This document shows, piece by piece, positions 14,423-26,004 of a DNA stretch of 64,000 nucleotides. The first letter of the stretch is position 1. The number at the start of each line of letters is the position of its first letter. Source of the stretch: Protoeuglena noctilucae. Its lineage: Eukaryota. The position numbers and the translations under genes were made by a program. The stretch spans positions 62,001 to 126,000 of the forward strand of contig OY253675.1 of the NCBI GenBank assembly GCA_958009085.1, written 5' to 3'. Under the pieces are notes generated by a model. It saw only the letters and a program-made list of their open reading frames with translations. It was not told the DNA's origin and did not search any database.

Positions 14423-17400
14423 ATGACGACTGTGGCCACCCTTTTGGAGAAGCTGGCCTCCACGGACAAGGACCTGAGGCACATGGCCACGTCCGATCTC
14501 ATCGCGGGACTCGACAAGAATGCGTCCTTTGTCGTCGAGCCGCGGTACCAGGTGCGGGGGCCGCTCTGAAACACACGATGGCACGAGGCAGGCTAGGACG
14601 GGCCCAGTGTGCGTCGGATGGATCGGGCGTGGCAGCCGCAGTGACTAAATCCTGCCAGCCGTATCGCGGATTTCGAGATCGCGAGCCGCGCGCGCTGCCG
14701 GGGGCGGAGCGGGTCCCCGGGAGCGTATTTGCGAGGAGCGGCCATCCGCCGCGGGGCATTGCCTAGCCGCGCCAGCGAGCACGCTGGCGAGTTGCTGATT
14801 CTGTCATGATTTCGCGCGCACCGCCTCGCCGTCGCAGGACCAGCTCGTCGGGCGCATGCTCGAGGGCCTGCGGGACCCGTCTCCCGCGGTCGCTTCGCTG
14901 TCCGTCAAGGCTCTTCCGCTGCTGATGACCAGGCGAGGACTATGTTCGAATATATCTGATGGCCTTTACGGTCGCGCGCGCCCCTCGCGTGCAGCGTAGG
15001 GCTCCGCTGCGCCATCGCACCGCTGCGCCTGACAGCTCTCCTCGCCGCCGCATCGGATGACTCCCGCGCTCCGCAGACTCCCCGACCGGTCTCTGTACGG
15101 CAAAGTCGTCAAGTCCGTCCTCGCGGAGGTGCTTTCCACGAAGAAGGAGAACCACAGGTGGGGATAGATGGGACTGCTGATCGGTCTGATGGGTGTGGCA
15201 GCTATGCCAACCAGACAACCATGATTAACACGCAGGGACACGGCGGCTCTGTGCCTGAAGGAGATGCTCACGGCGCCTGGTTCGCCTGAGCTGTCGACGG
15301 AGGTGGCGTCCCTGGCGCTCCCCAGCCTGGTGGAGGGGGCGGCAGGGGCGGGGGATTTCGAAGTCAGCAACGAGGTGAGAGCAGAGACGCGGTACGGGTT
15401 CGAATCATTTCATATGTTATGATCGTGTGGGCCTTATCCGTTGTCCATGACTCGGTGCCACCGCACCCACGATGCGACACCCTGACCCCCGCTCTCGCCC
15501 CAGCTCACCCCGCACCCCCCACTCACTCACCACTCAACCCCATTCATCTCACTCACTACACCCACCCCACTCACCCCCCACTCACCCCCCACTCACCCCG
15601 CACACCCCGCACTCACCACCCCCACTCACCCCCCACTCACCACCCCCACTCCCCCCCAGTGCCTCTCCCTCCTCCTGGCCCTCGCCACCTCCCGCCCCCA
15701 GCTCCTCGCCCACCGCCACTCCGCCCTCCTCCCCGCCCTTTTTCAAGTCATCCAGGGCCCCAGGGCAGCTCTGAGGAAGAGGGCGGCCCAGGTCGCCGCC
15801 GCCCTCGCCCCCGCCCTCGACGACGCCGGTGAGCGAAACGGAGATCTGGCGGGGTAAATCTGGCGGGGTGATGAGGGATGTAGATGAAGCCACCTGCTTA
15901 TTTAGTCCCCATTTCCTCATCTACTCCCCACCTCCCCATCCACTCCACGTCTCCCAACCTCCTCATCCACCCTACCCATCCCATTACTTTCAACCCACTT
16001 CTCAACCCCTCTCCCTCTCCCCACCCCCAGTGGCCAGCCAGGCCCTCGACCGCCTCCTCTCCCTCCTCTCCTCCGCGAAACCCGGTTCCGACACCACCGC
16101 CGCCCCTTGCCAGGCACTGGGACTCATCGCCGCGTCGATGCCCGGACGCTTCGCCCCTTTTGTAGCAAAAGCGGTGCAGGCAGCCGCAGTGCATGCCCGG
16201 GGGTGTGGGGAAGAGGACGTGAATGCGAGGGAGCACGCCTTGCAGCTGATGGAGGCGTGCGTGCCGCTGTGCGCCCCGGGGGAGCCGGCGGCAGCGACGG
16301 TGAGGGGGATGGGTTGGGTGGCAGTGGGGGTGGCAGTGGGGGTGGGAGTAGGGGTAGCGGTGGGGGCAGCAGTGGGGGTGGCAGTGGGGTTGAGCCTGCG
16401 GTGGTGACCCTCGTTGTTGCAACCCCGACGTCGCACCCCTTGATTCGACCCCAATCCGATCCCCTCACCCCTCTGTCCCCCAGGCGGTGGACGTGGCATT
16501 GGAATTCCTGGGATTCGACCCGAATTACGAAGAGTCCGACGAGGATGAGGGCGAGGGAGAGGGCGAGGGTGGGGAGGACGGCGATGCGTCAATGGGGAGT
16601 GGCGACGAGGGGGATGAGGATGGGGAGGGGGATGAGGAGGAGGAGGAGGGGTTGACCGATGACGAGGATGAGTCGTGGAGGGTGCGCAGGGCCTGCTGCA
16701 AGTGAGTGGGGGGTTGAGGGGGGTGGGGTTGTCAGGGTGGAGTGGATGGTGCGCAGGGCCTGTTGCAAGTGAGTGGGGGGTTGAGGGGGGGGTGTGTGGT
16801 GGTGATGAGTGGGGGTGTATCAGTGCAGGGTGTGCAGAGCGTGCTGTGTGATCATGACAGTGAGTGATTGAAATAGTGTTCTTTCCACCTCACCCCCTCA
16901 CCTCCACTCCCACCCAGGATCCTCGCCGCCCTCACCCACGCCCCCCCTCACGTGGCCACCCCCCTCCTCCCCCGCGTCCTCCCTCCCCTCCTGAAACGCG
17001 CATCTGACCGGGACACGTCAGTCAGACTGGACGCCCTGGCATCCATCACCGCGCTGCTCACCCACGCGGCCCGGCAGAGGGAGGGCGGGGCGGGGCAGTG
17101 GATGCGGAGTGGAGGCGGGGGGAGGGCCAAGGCATCCGCCAGCGCAGGCGCTCATGCCAATGCCAGTGCCAGTGCGGAGGAGGGCTCAGCGGAGGGGGCG
17201 GCGTCTGCGATTGCGCGACAGGCCATGCCACGCCTCGCCTCGCTGCTAAAGGGCGGGGGTGGGGCGCGTGGGGCCAAGCTCCGCTCTGCGGCGTTTAGTG
17301 CCATCGCTGCGCTGTGCTCGGCTGCGCCGGGGGCGCTGGGGCAGCGGGGGGGTGCGCGCGTGGCGGGGCAGGCGGCGGCGGCGATAGCTGAGGCGAGGGC

Positions 17401-20400
17401 GGAGGGCGGTGTGAGGGAGGCGGCGATGGGGGCGGTGCGGGCGGCGGTGGAGGCGGGGGGTGCGGGGTCGGGGCGTGTGGTGGCCGAGGCGCTGCCGGCG
17501 CTGGCGGGGGCGGCAAGGGCGGGGGCGTTCCGCGTGTCTGCGGAGGCGATGGAGGTGAGGGGGTGGGTGATGGTGAGGGACTGGGAAGGTGGGTGATGGT
17601 GAGTGAGGGAGTGGATGAGGGCGGGTTAGAGTGAGAAGGGAATGGGCGCGAGGGAGCCTGCCCTTATCACTCCTCTACCCCCCTCAGCTCCCCTCACCCC
17701 CACCCCCCCTTCCCTCCACCGCAGCTGATCGCCGTCATCGCCCGCTCCGTGCGCCCCTCCTCTGACGCGGCCGTGGCGTCGGGGCTGAGTCAGGCCATGG
17801 AGGCCGTGGCACACGTGACGGGGGTGCAGGACGCAGACCAGGCGAGGGGGGTTGGGGTGGTGCCGGGAACAGAGAGATAATTCGAATTGAACCATGTCAT
17901 TACACGACAACATTGCATTTCTATCTTTGTCTGTTCTCTTTCTCTGTGCCTCATACGCAGTGTCACATGTAGGATGCCGCCACCCGCACCGCCTGTCGCC
18001 AGTCATCCACACAGCCATCAACCAATCCCCGATCATAACCACCTCTCCCTCGCATCCCCAGGACACCAAGAACGCCGCCACCCGGGCCGCCGCCGCCCTC
18101 CTCGCCACGTCCGGCCACGCCATGCCCGCCACCGCCGCCGCCGCCGCCGTCGCCAACGTCGCGGACCGGCTCTCTTCCGAAACCACCCGCCTTCCCGCAC
18201 TGCGAGCGATCGAGGAGGTGGCGAGGGCCGCGGGGGCGACGGGGGTGGGCGTGGGGGATGTGGCACGGCGGGTGGTGGGGGAGGCGACGCAGTTTTTGAA
18301 ACTGGCGCACCGGCCCACGAGGATCGCGGCGCTGGGGGTCGTCACGGCGCTGGCGACGGAGGGGGAGGTGAGAGGGGTGGGTGGAGTGCGGTGGTGATGG
18401 GTGCGGTGGGGTGCGGTGGGGTGGGGTCGTGTCGGGTGACTGGGTGAGGCTGAAGAGATGCGTGATGGTATGGTGACTGGCTGGTTACATTCCATGTCAC
18501 ATTGCTCTCGCACTTGCATTCACTCGCACACTCGTTTGCACCCTCCCCACCCTCACACCATCCCCTACTCCCTGCCAACACCCCACACCCTGTCCCCCAC
18601 CCCACACATAGCTCACCCCCTGTCCACTCTCTCTGCCACCCCCCAGGTCCGCCAGTCCGAGCTCTCCTCTGCTCTCTCCCTCCTCCCTCTCCTCATCGCG
18701 GATGACGACGTGCCCGCCGCCTCTGCCGCCCTCGATCTGGCAGCAGCGGCCATCGCGCGATTCCCCACGCTCGCCAAAACAGCCAACGACGGCGTCGGGC
18801 AGGCCGCGGCCAGGCTGGCCCGGTCACCGTTGGTGCAGGTGAGGGTGGAGAGGGAGGGGGAGAGGAGGGGTGGGGTGCAGGTGAGGGGGGAGATGAGGGG
18901 TGGGGGTGGGTGGGGGTGGGTGGGGGTGTTGGTGCAGGCGGGGGGTGGTGGCGATGGTGTATCAAATGGCGAGTGATGGCGAGGGGTGGTGTGCAACGAC
19001 AGTGCACTGCTTCTCGACCATTCCTGCAACCCTCCTCTCCTCTCCTACCCCCCGTTCCTCACCCAACCCCTCACCTCTCCCTCCTCTCACCTCTCCCGCC
19101 CTCTCTCCTCCCCCCAGGGCCCCGCCATCGCCAGCCTAGAGCGTTTCTATGCCGCATGCGTCAAGGCAGGCATCCTCACCCCCGACACCGCCACGCGAGC
19201 CCTGATGGCACTGGCGGACACGCCCCCACCACTCTCGGCACCCGCACAGGCGAGGAGATGGGGACTGGGGAGCGGGAGGGGTGGTGAGGTGACAGAGGGT
19301 TACTGTGCGGCACGAGAGGGCTTAGTACAAGAGGGGTTAGTTCTATGCGCCCGTGTATACTTATTCATGTTCCCATTTACGCCCACCACCATCCCACCCC
19401 ATCCATCCATCCACCCCACCTCTCACCCACCACCTCCACCCCCACCCCCATCCATCCACCCACCACTCACCCACCACTCCCGTCCCCACTCTCCATCCAT
19501 CCACCCCACCTTTCACCCACCACCCCACCCCCACCTCCTTGCAGACGGCCGTGGCGCGGTGCATCGCCGCCGCCTCCGCCGCGGCCGGCCCAGACGCCCT
19601 CGCCTCCACCGCCACCCACATCCTCGCCCTCCTCTCCGACGCCTCCACCCCCGAGCCGCGCCTCTGTCTGGCACTGGCCGTCTCAGGCGCCCTCGCCACC
19701 CAGCCCGGGAGCGCCCTGCCCCCCGCTCTGCCCGACGCCGTCCGCGCCGCCCTCGGCAGCGGCGGCGAGGCCGCGCGCGCCGCCGCAAGCCTCGCGCTGG
19801 GCAGACTGGCGGCGTCTGATCCTGACTCAGGACTGCGTCGGCTTCTGGCGGACCTGACCGGGGCGGGCGACAGCGCCAGGGGTCAGTACCTGGTCCTCTG
19901 CGCCGTCATGGAGTGTTTGAAACTCCTGCGCGCGGAGAACGCCACGGCGGGAGCGGGGTCGCCGATCCCCGCTTCGCTTTTGGAGGCGGTGCTGGGAGGG
20001 GCAGTGCACGCATTGGGGTCGCAGTCTGCAGACGCAGAGGAGGGCGTCAAGGCGGCCGTCCGGGACACCTTGGGCCTCGCGGGGCTCATGGCGCCGGCCG
20101 CGACGGTGGCGTTCCTGCAAAAGACGGTGCGGGAGGCGGCGGCGGGGCGGCGGTGGGCGGCGGTGGGGGCGGTGCGGGAGATGGCAGTGGGGGGCGGGGG
20201 CGAGGAGGTGGTGGCGTGCGTGGGGGATTTCCTGCAGTGCCTGGGGGACGAGGACCGGTGAGAGGTTGAAAGAGTCGGGCCAGGGCGGCCGCGCAGGTCG
20301 CGATATCGAATCTCGCCGGCGCACGCTCCGCCCTTTTCCGCCCGACTCCGCAGGGAGGTGCAGCGCGCGAGTCTGAAGCTCCTGGCCGGCCTGGCGGCCC

Positions 20401-21664
20401 ACCGCCCGGCTGCGGTGGCCCCCCTGGTCCCCCAGCTGCTTCCGAGGGTGTACGCGCTGTGCCCGGTCGACCCCGCCAACATCGAGCAGGCGAGCGATTC
20501 GATGCGATGCGCAGTGAGACGTGGTGCGATGGGTGTTTGTGAGGAAGCTTATGAGGGTGACGGTGCTTGTGGAAATGAGGTGCATGCGAGGGTGAGGGTG
20601 CTTGCGATGGTGATGGTGCAGGGTGCTCGAGTGGGTGAGGGTGCTTGTGATCCTGTCTCCCTGCTCATCCTCATCACTCTTCTCCACCTCACCCCATCAC
20701 CCTCATCACCCTCGTCACCCCCACCCACCCCAGGTCCCCCTGGGCGCGTTCAAAATCACCGTCGACCGTGGTCAGGCCGTGCGCGTGGCTGCCATGGAGG
20801 CATTGGAAGCGGTGGTGGACCGCGTCTCTCTCACGCCCGGCGAAGCCACGGAGCTGCTGCGGGCCACGGGGGCGGGGCTGGCGTGGAATCGGGACATCGG
20901 GGCGGGGCAGTTCGAGGTGCTCAGCCTCGCGCACGGCGTCGTGGTGCGGGCGGCCGGGTGAGTGAGCGGGTGGGGGTGGGGGGTGTGGGGGCGGGCATGG
21001 TTGTGCTCGGAAGGGTAACGGGTGCAGTTGGTGGGGTGTGCTTGGCATGGGTGCGTGGCTGGGCAATAGGGTCGCGCTGTTCCTATGTCCCATCCATTTC
21101 CTCTCACAGCAAGTACCCCCGCGTGGTGGTGCCGATGCTGGATGCGCTCGCCCCGCCGCTCACGGATATCCTCAAGGCGGAGGCCGGCAAGACGGCCGTG
21201 CAGCAGGAACAGGATCGATTCGCGGAGGTGCACAGGTGAAGAGGGAAGAGCGCTGCACAGCGTAGGCAAAACCATGCACGCGGCGCGCGGGAGGGGCGGC
21301 ATGCGCCGCGCCGGGTGTGCTTGTGTTTATTATTCATATCTCCCCGATGCTGGGCTCGAACGCGCCGCGGATTTTGTCGTGTAAGGTCCCGAATCGTGCC
21401 CGCAGGTCGGCGTTGCGCGCTGTGTTTGCGATGTCGCAGCTGCCGTCTGCCGAGCTCAGCCAGGAGCTCAACAACTGTATCCAGACGATCCAGGCGAGTG
21501 ACACTGAGCGCAATGCGGGAACGTGGCGATGCTGAAAAGATGGCTTAGCTCACGTTGCATTCTGTGCCCCACCGCCACAGAAGATGCCCGGGCATCTGGC
21601 CGTGCTGGAGCAGCTGCAGAAGGAGCATCTGAGCAGCGGCCCGGACGCTAGGCAGACGGCATAG
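14423..21664 (+). CDS. CAND1: cullin-associated NEDD8-dissociated protein 1 (HEAT repeats), ~18 exons
   Basis: N-terminus 'LLEKLASTDKDLRHMATSDL'; 'FLGFDPNYEESDEDE...DDEDESWRVRRACCK'; 'RASDRDTSVRLD'; 'DRLSSETTRLPA'; 'EEGVKAAVRDTLG'; 'VPLGAFKITVDRGQAVRVAAME'; 'AVQQEQDR...RSALRAV'. Stop TAG at 21662-21664. Confidence 0.92.
16317..16392 (+). repeat. intronic minisatellite (GTGGCAGTGGGG)n
   Basis: About six degenerate 12-bp units in a CAND1 intron. Confidence 0.7.
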
Positions 21665-22052
21665 CCTACTAGCCCTGAGGATGGGCTTAACCTTTGCCAG
21701 CGCAAGGCCCAGCTGCCAGCTTGAAGGACTCAGTATCCCATCTATCGCGCAATCGCCCTGCATTGTCACTTTTCTGCACTATCTCTGAGCGGGCAGTTAC
21801 CTCAGCTCCTCTCGCGTCGCTGACTTGCCACCGGGCCAAGTCTGCACCAATTTGTTGTGCGGTGTGTGCATAGAAAAAGTGAGTGATTTCCAATTCGCGA
21901 AGGCAGGGAGGTATGCATTCGTTTGCTGTGGTCCCGCGGCAAATTCTCAATCGCAGCGAATGCGCGGTGCTGCCCAACTTCAACGTTGCAGGACGAGTTT
22001 TTAAGGGTCGCGACGCGTCGAGAGCAGTGGAGGGGAGGGGAGGATTTGCGTC

Positions 22053-22624
22053 ATGGAAGGGAGCAACGGGGCACGCCGGCGGGAGGTCACGGCGAGCGCT
22101 GGCCCGATCGAGCTGCGCCCTTGGGAAGTGCCCGACGACGATGAGGTGAGGGCGGCGGATCCGCGACACAACTCGGCTTAATGCTGGCCCTCAGGCACGT
22201 TAATTTCGTTTGTGATTCCTCCGCGCTGCGTCTCGCATCGCGAATTCGCCGCTTCTCGCAGACGCAGGGCGCCCAGTGCTCTCCCTCAGGCCGGTCGCAT
22301 CCAGAGCCGCTGTCGCTGGGCACGCGGAGCGCCAGCGCCGGCCGATTAATGCCATCGCCACGGCAACGCGACGACGACCCATACCTGGCCCGCGCGGCCA
22401 CCGCGCCCCGCGGGGCTACGAAGACGGCACAGTCGTGGCTCGCTGCCGCGGCGCAGCTCCGCGACAAGCTGTGGGAGAAGCTGCAGAAGGCGCTGCAGCG
22501 CATCGCTGTCTCGGAGGTCAAGACCTACAAGGGGATGCTACGGAAGGACGTACCTCAGTGGCAGCGGAGCCTCATTCAGAAGCGATTGGACGCAGCAGAG
22601 GCAAAAGTTGGCAAGAAAGACTAA
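22053..22624 (+). CDS. hypothetical protein, 2 exons, basic helical C-terminus
   Basis: Exon 22053-22145 (MEGSNG...PDDDE|GTGAG) joins in phase 0 to 22262-22624 (...LRDKLWEKLQKALQRI...KKD*). Confidence 0.5.
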
Positions 22625-22784
22625 CAAGACTAGAGACTCGACAGACGGGATGATTGCTTGCAGGGACGGGTGTGCGTGTCATGGTTTCAAGGCCACACAT
22701 GGTGCAGACCGTGGCAGTCGCACGCTGCGGCATGCATGGGAGGCGGATACCGCCACACAACGGGCGTTGTCTCTGTCTGCGGCG

Positions 22785-23195
22785 CCAGGGCTCTGGTGCG
22801 GGGATCACCAGTGATCCTGTCACGGCCTTATCTCACTCAGAAGGCCGCGGGGACAGCCAAAGCCATGCCAGATAGTCGAGACAAGGCGGACATGTGGTCT
22901 CGGTCAATCAACTGCCACGCGTGCTTCAGCAGTCGCAACCAAAGGCACGCATTAGCGCAAACGAGGCGCCGCATGGCAAGGCTGCTATTAACACCCTCCC
23001 TCCCGCACCCTTCCCCCTCCAGCGCCACGCTCGTTGCCAGCTCGCTGCCCACCGCCTGCCCACTGCCTGCCCACACAGACCAGCCGCTCCCATGCTCGAC
23101 CGCACGCCTCCCTCACGTGCACCACACCTCCCCAGCACCCGCACCGCTGCCGCCCACCACTGGGCCAGCGCCGGTCCCTTGGCCGCCTGCACTAA
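22785..23195 (+). repeat. dispersed repeat, 3' flank of F-box-ankyrin gene (homologous to 8065-8420)
   Basis: Shared blocks such as tgtcacg-cct-atc-cactca-aagg and ccgctgccgcccaccactg. Confidence 0.75.
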
Positions 23196-23341
23196 GCAGT
23201 GCAGTGAGTCGCTGTAAGACCCACGCCACGCTTGCAGCTGCCCATGCCTGCTGCTGCCACCTCCTGCACCCATCCACACGCTGCAGCACATGCCGACTCT
23301 GCCCCGCTCCCACGCCCCACGCCCTCACCCTGCATGCTTGG

Positions 23342-24966
23342 TCAGCCAGGCGGGCTGCTGCTGCGCTTAGCCCGCAGCTCTGCCACCATGCGCTCCACCA
23401 GCCCCGGCTCCCCGCCCGTGTTGACCAGGTCCGCGCCGCGGTCGGCCAGCCGCAGCACGACCTCGGTTTCGACGCGAAATTGAGATGCCAGCACGCATAT
23501 CGGCGTCCTGCCCTCCCTATCCCGCGCCTCCAAGTCTGCCCCAGCGCCCAGCAGCACGTCTGCGCACGCCTTGTGCCTCACCCAGTGCAGAGGCGTCTGG
23601 CCATCCTCATCTGCAGCATTGGCGTCAGCCCCTGCCGACAGCAGCTGTCGCGTCACAGCTGCAGCTACTGCCCCTCCTAGAGAGCAGCACACCGCGGCGT
23701 GAAGGCACGTTGAACTATTCCAGCTCTTCGCGTCGACGTCTGCGCCCAGCTCAATCAGAGCGCGGACAGCATCGATGCGGCCATTACGGCAGGCCTCGTG
23801 GAGTGGTGAGCTACTGAAACCGTCGCCCTGGATGCTCAGCCCACGCGCCGCCAGCCACTGCACCACCTCCCCATTCGCCGCCTCGTGTATCGCAGTCCGC
23901 AAATCATTGCTGGCGGCAGCTACGTTGGCCCCCAGATCCACTAAAGTCTCCAGCACGGCCAGGTTGCCTCGACTTGCTGCGCGATGGAGGGCCGTAAAGC
24001 CCATAAGACCGACTGCGTTCACGTCCGCCCCTGCCTCCGCCAGCCGACGCACGATGCCCGGCGTTGGTTGGCCCTCGCACACAAATGCCAGCGTACGGTC
24101 CCGGCCAGCCCCCCCCACCTTGGCCGACGCCGCCGCCTCCAGCAGCGCCTCCACCACCATCTCGTGACCCCCACGCCCGGCATAAATCAACGCCGTAAAC
24201 CAACCTCCTTCTTCACCACCTCCCTCCGCATCCACCTCCGCCCCCGCTGCCAGGCACGCCTTCACTGCCTCCAGGCAGCCCCGCTTCGCGCAGTACGTCA
24301 TCAGCGGCCACGCTCCCTGAAGCCGCCGGTTGACGTCCGCCCCCATCCCCACCGCCACCCGCACCATCCGCGCCTCCTCCCCGTCCCCCAGCGCGTACGC
24401 CCACTCCACCTTGCCGTCCGCCCCACGCCCCACCGGCTGCCTCGCCACCACCGCCACCATCAGGGGCGACTGGTCGACATCCCTAGTATCTTGGACCGCC
24501 CACGATACCCCGTTGATGTCCGGCCCCTCTGCCACCAGCACCGCCAGCCACCACAGCCCCAGGCTCGCCAGGTGGTGCGCGTGGGACCCATCACGCGCGT
24601 ACACCACCAGCGGCCCGTAGTCGAGCGTGCCTTCCGGCATACGGGACCGGAAGTGAATGCATATGCCCTCCCGCCCGTCCTCCGCCGTGGCCCGGATGCC
24701 CCACGCCCTCCACACCTCGTCGCGCATCTCCCGCGACACCGCACGCGCCGCCGTGGCGTCGCGCAGCGGCACCAGCCGCAGGATCTCGCGATGCACCTCC
24801 CCGGGCAGGTCGCCCCACCCTGCGCGCGCGACCGGCCCACGCGGGATGCCTAAACAACCCAGCCAAAGCGACACCAAGCCAGACGGCCTCGCCGCTGCGC
24901 CTCACCCACAGGCGAACTCCTCAGGGTGGGATCCGACGCTCGCTCAGCATCTGCATCGCCCGGCAT
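23342..24966 (-). CDS. F-box + ankyrin-repeat protein (~9-10 ANK repeats)
   Basis: F-box 'WGDLPGEVHREILRLVPLRDATAARAVSREMR', then repeats such as 'FTALHRAASRGNLAVLETLVDLGANV', 'SPLHEACRNGRIDAVRALIELGADVDA', 'QTPLHW...LLGAGADLEARD'. One 1.5-kb exon; a probable 56-nt 5' intron (24850-24905) links it in phase to ATG 24966. Confidence 0.88.
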
Positions 24967-25563
24967 CCCTCGTCTGCGGGCACGCCCGCCGCGCACCGTC
25001 ACGACTGCCCACGCATCCGTCACATTCAACCAGCGCAGGCGCGGCGTCCGAGGCCTCCCGTCCGGCCCCGTCCTGCCCAGCAGCTGCATGCTCCACTCAC
25101 GCGTCCTGCACACGGCCCCCTTGGCCCCGGAACGACGCCGCGCGGACGCAGACAAGGCCTCAAGCTCTGCACTGCGTGACCAAGCTGGGATCTGGCTCAC
25201 TCCGCTCGCGCGCTCGCCACCAATGGCTCAAGCTCGCATCCCTTGACTCGCGAGATGTGCGCTGCGGCGCGCCCGAGCCCCGCGGTCGGTCCCCGGGCCG
25301 CGCGGGGGAGGCCCCGTGTCGGTTGCGCGCCAGGCCTGCGATTGCCCCGCTGCGCCGCCGTCTGCGCCGATGCGCGCGTCGGCCAGGCCATCCGGCAGCG
25401 AGTGCCTCCGATCGCGTCCCCGCACCCGACGAGCGGCAAGCGACACGCGCAGGCAGCCCAGCACGTGCGTCCTCGCTTGCTTCCTTGCGAGCCGAGCCCC
25501 GTCGAGGGCTGGCCGGTGGTCCGCTCGGCCGCGATGGTGTGCGGGTCATCCGCAGCCGGTCGT

Positions 25564-25812
25564 GGGCAGCTGTGCTGTCGGGCAGCCCCGCCGGCGCCTG
25601 GCTCTCGGGGGGTCCCATGGGCAGGGAGCGGGGCTGCTGGCAAGGCCACGAGCATGGGCCTGCGCTTTCATGCGCCGCTGGATGGAGCGTCGGCCTGCGC
25701 TTGAAGCGGCGTCTACTCTAGCAGTCCCGTCGCTGGCCGGCTCCTCGCCCCGCATGCGCCTTCTCCCACCCGTCGAGAGGGTGACAGGGACCGGCCATGC
25801 ACGCCTGGCAGA
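25564..25812 (+). repeat. dispersed repeat, 5' flank of F-box-ankyrin gene (homologous to 8436-8675)
   Basis: Near-identical blocks ggtcccatgggca, tcatgcgccgctggatggagcgtcggcctgcgcttga, ctcctcgccccgcatgcgcct. Confidence 0.8.
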
Positions 25813-26004
25813 CTCCCCTTGCCCGCTTCAATCCCGCCCGTGCAAAGACACAACCATGCACCTGCGATACCACCACGCGTCCCCCTGTCGACACTCCCGC
25901 CATCTTATCCACAGTGCCCCACGCCTGTCCCCGTGACCCTCCTGAGGACACCTGGGCCCCCCGCCTGGTGCCCTGCCCAGCCGCCGCCCCGCCTCTCCCG
26001 TCCG

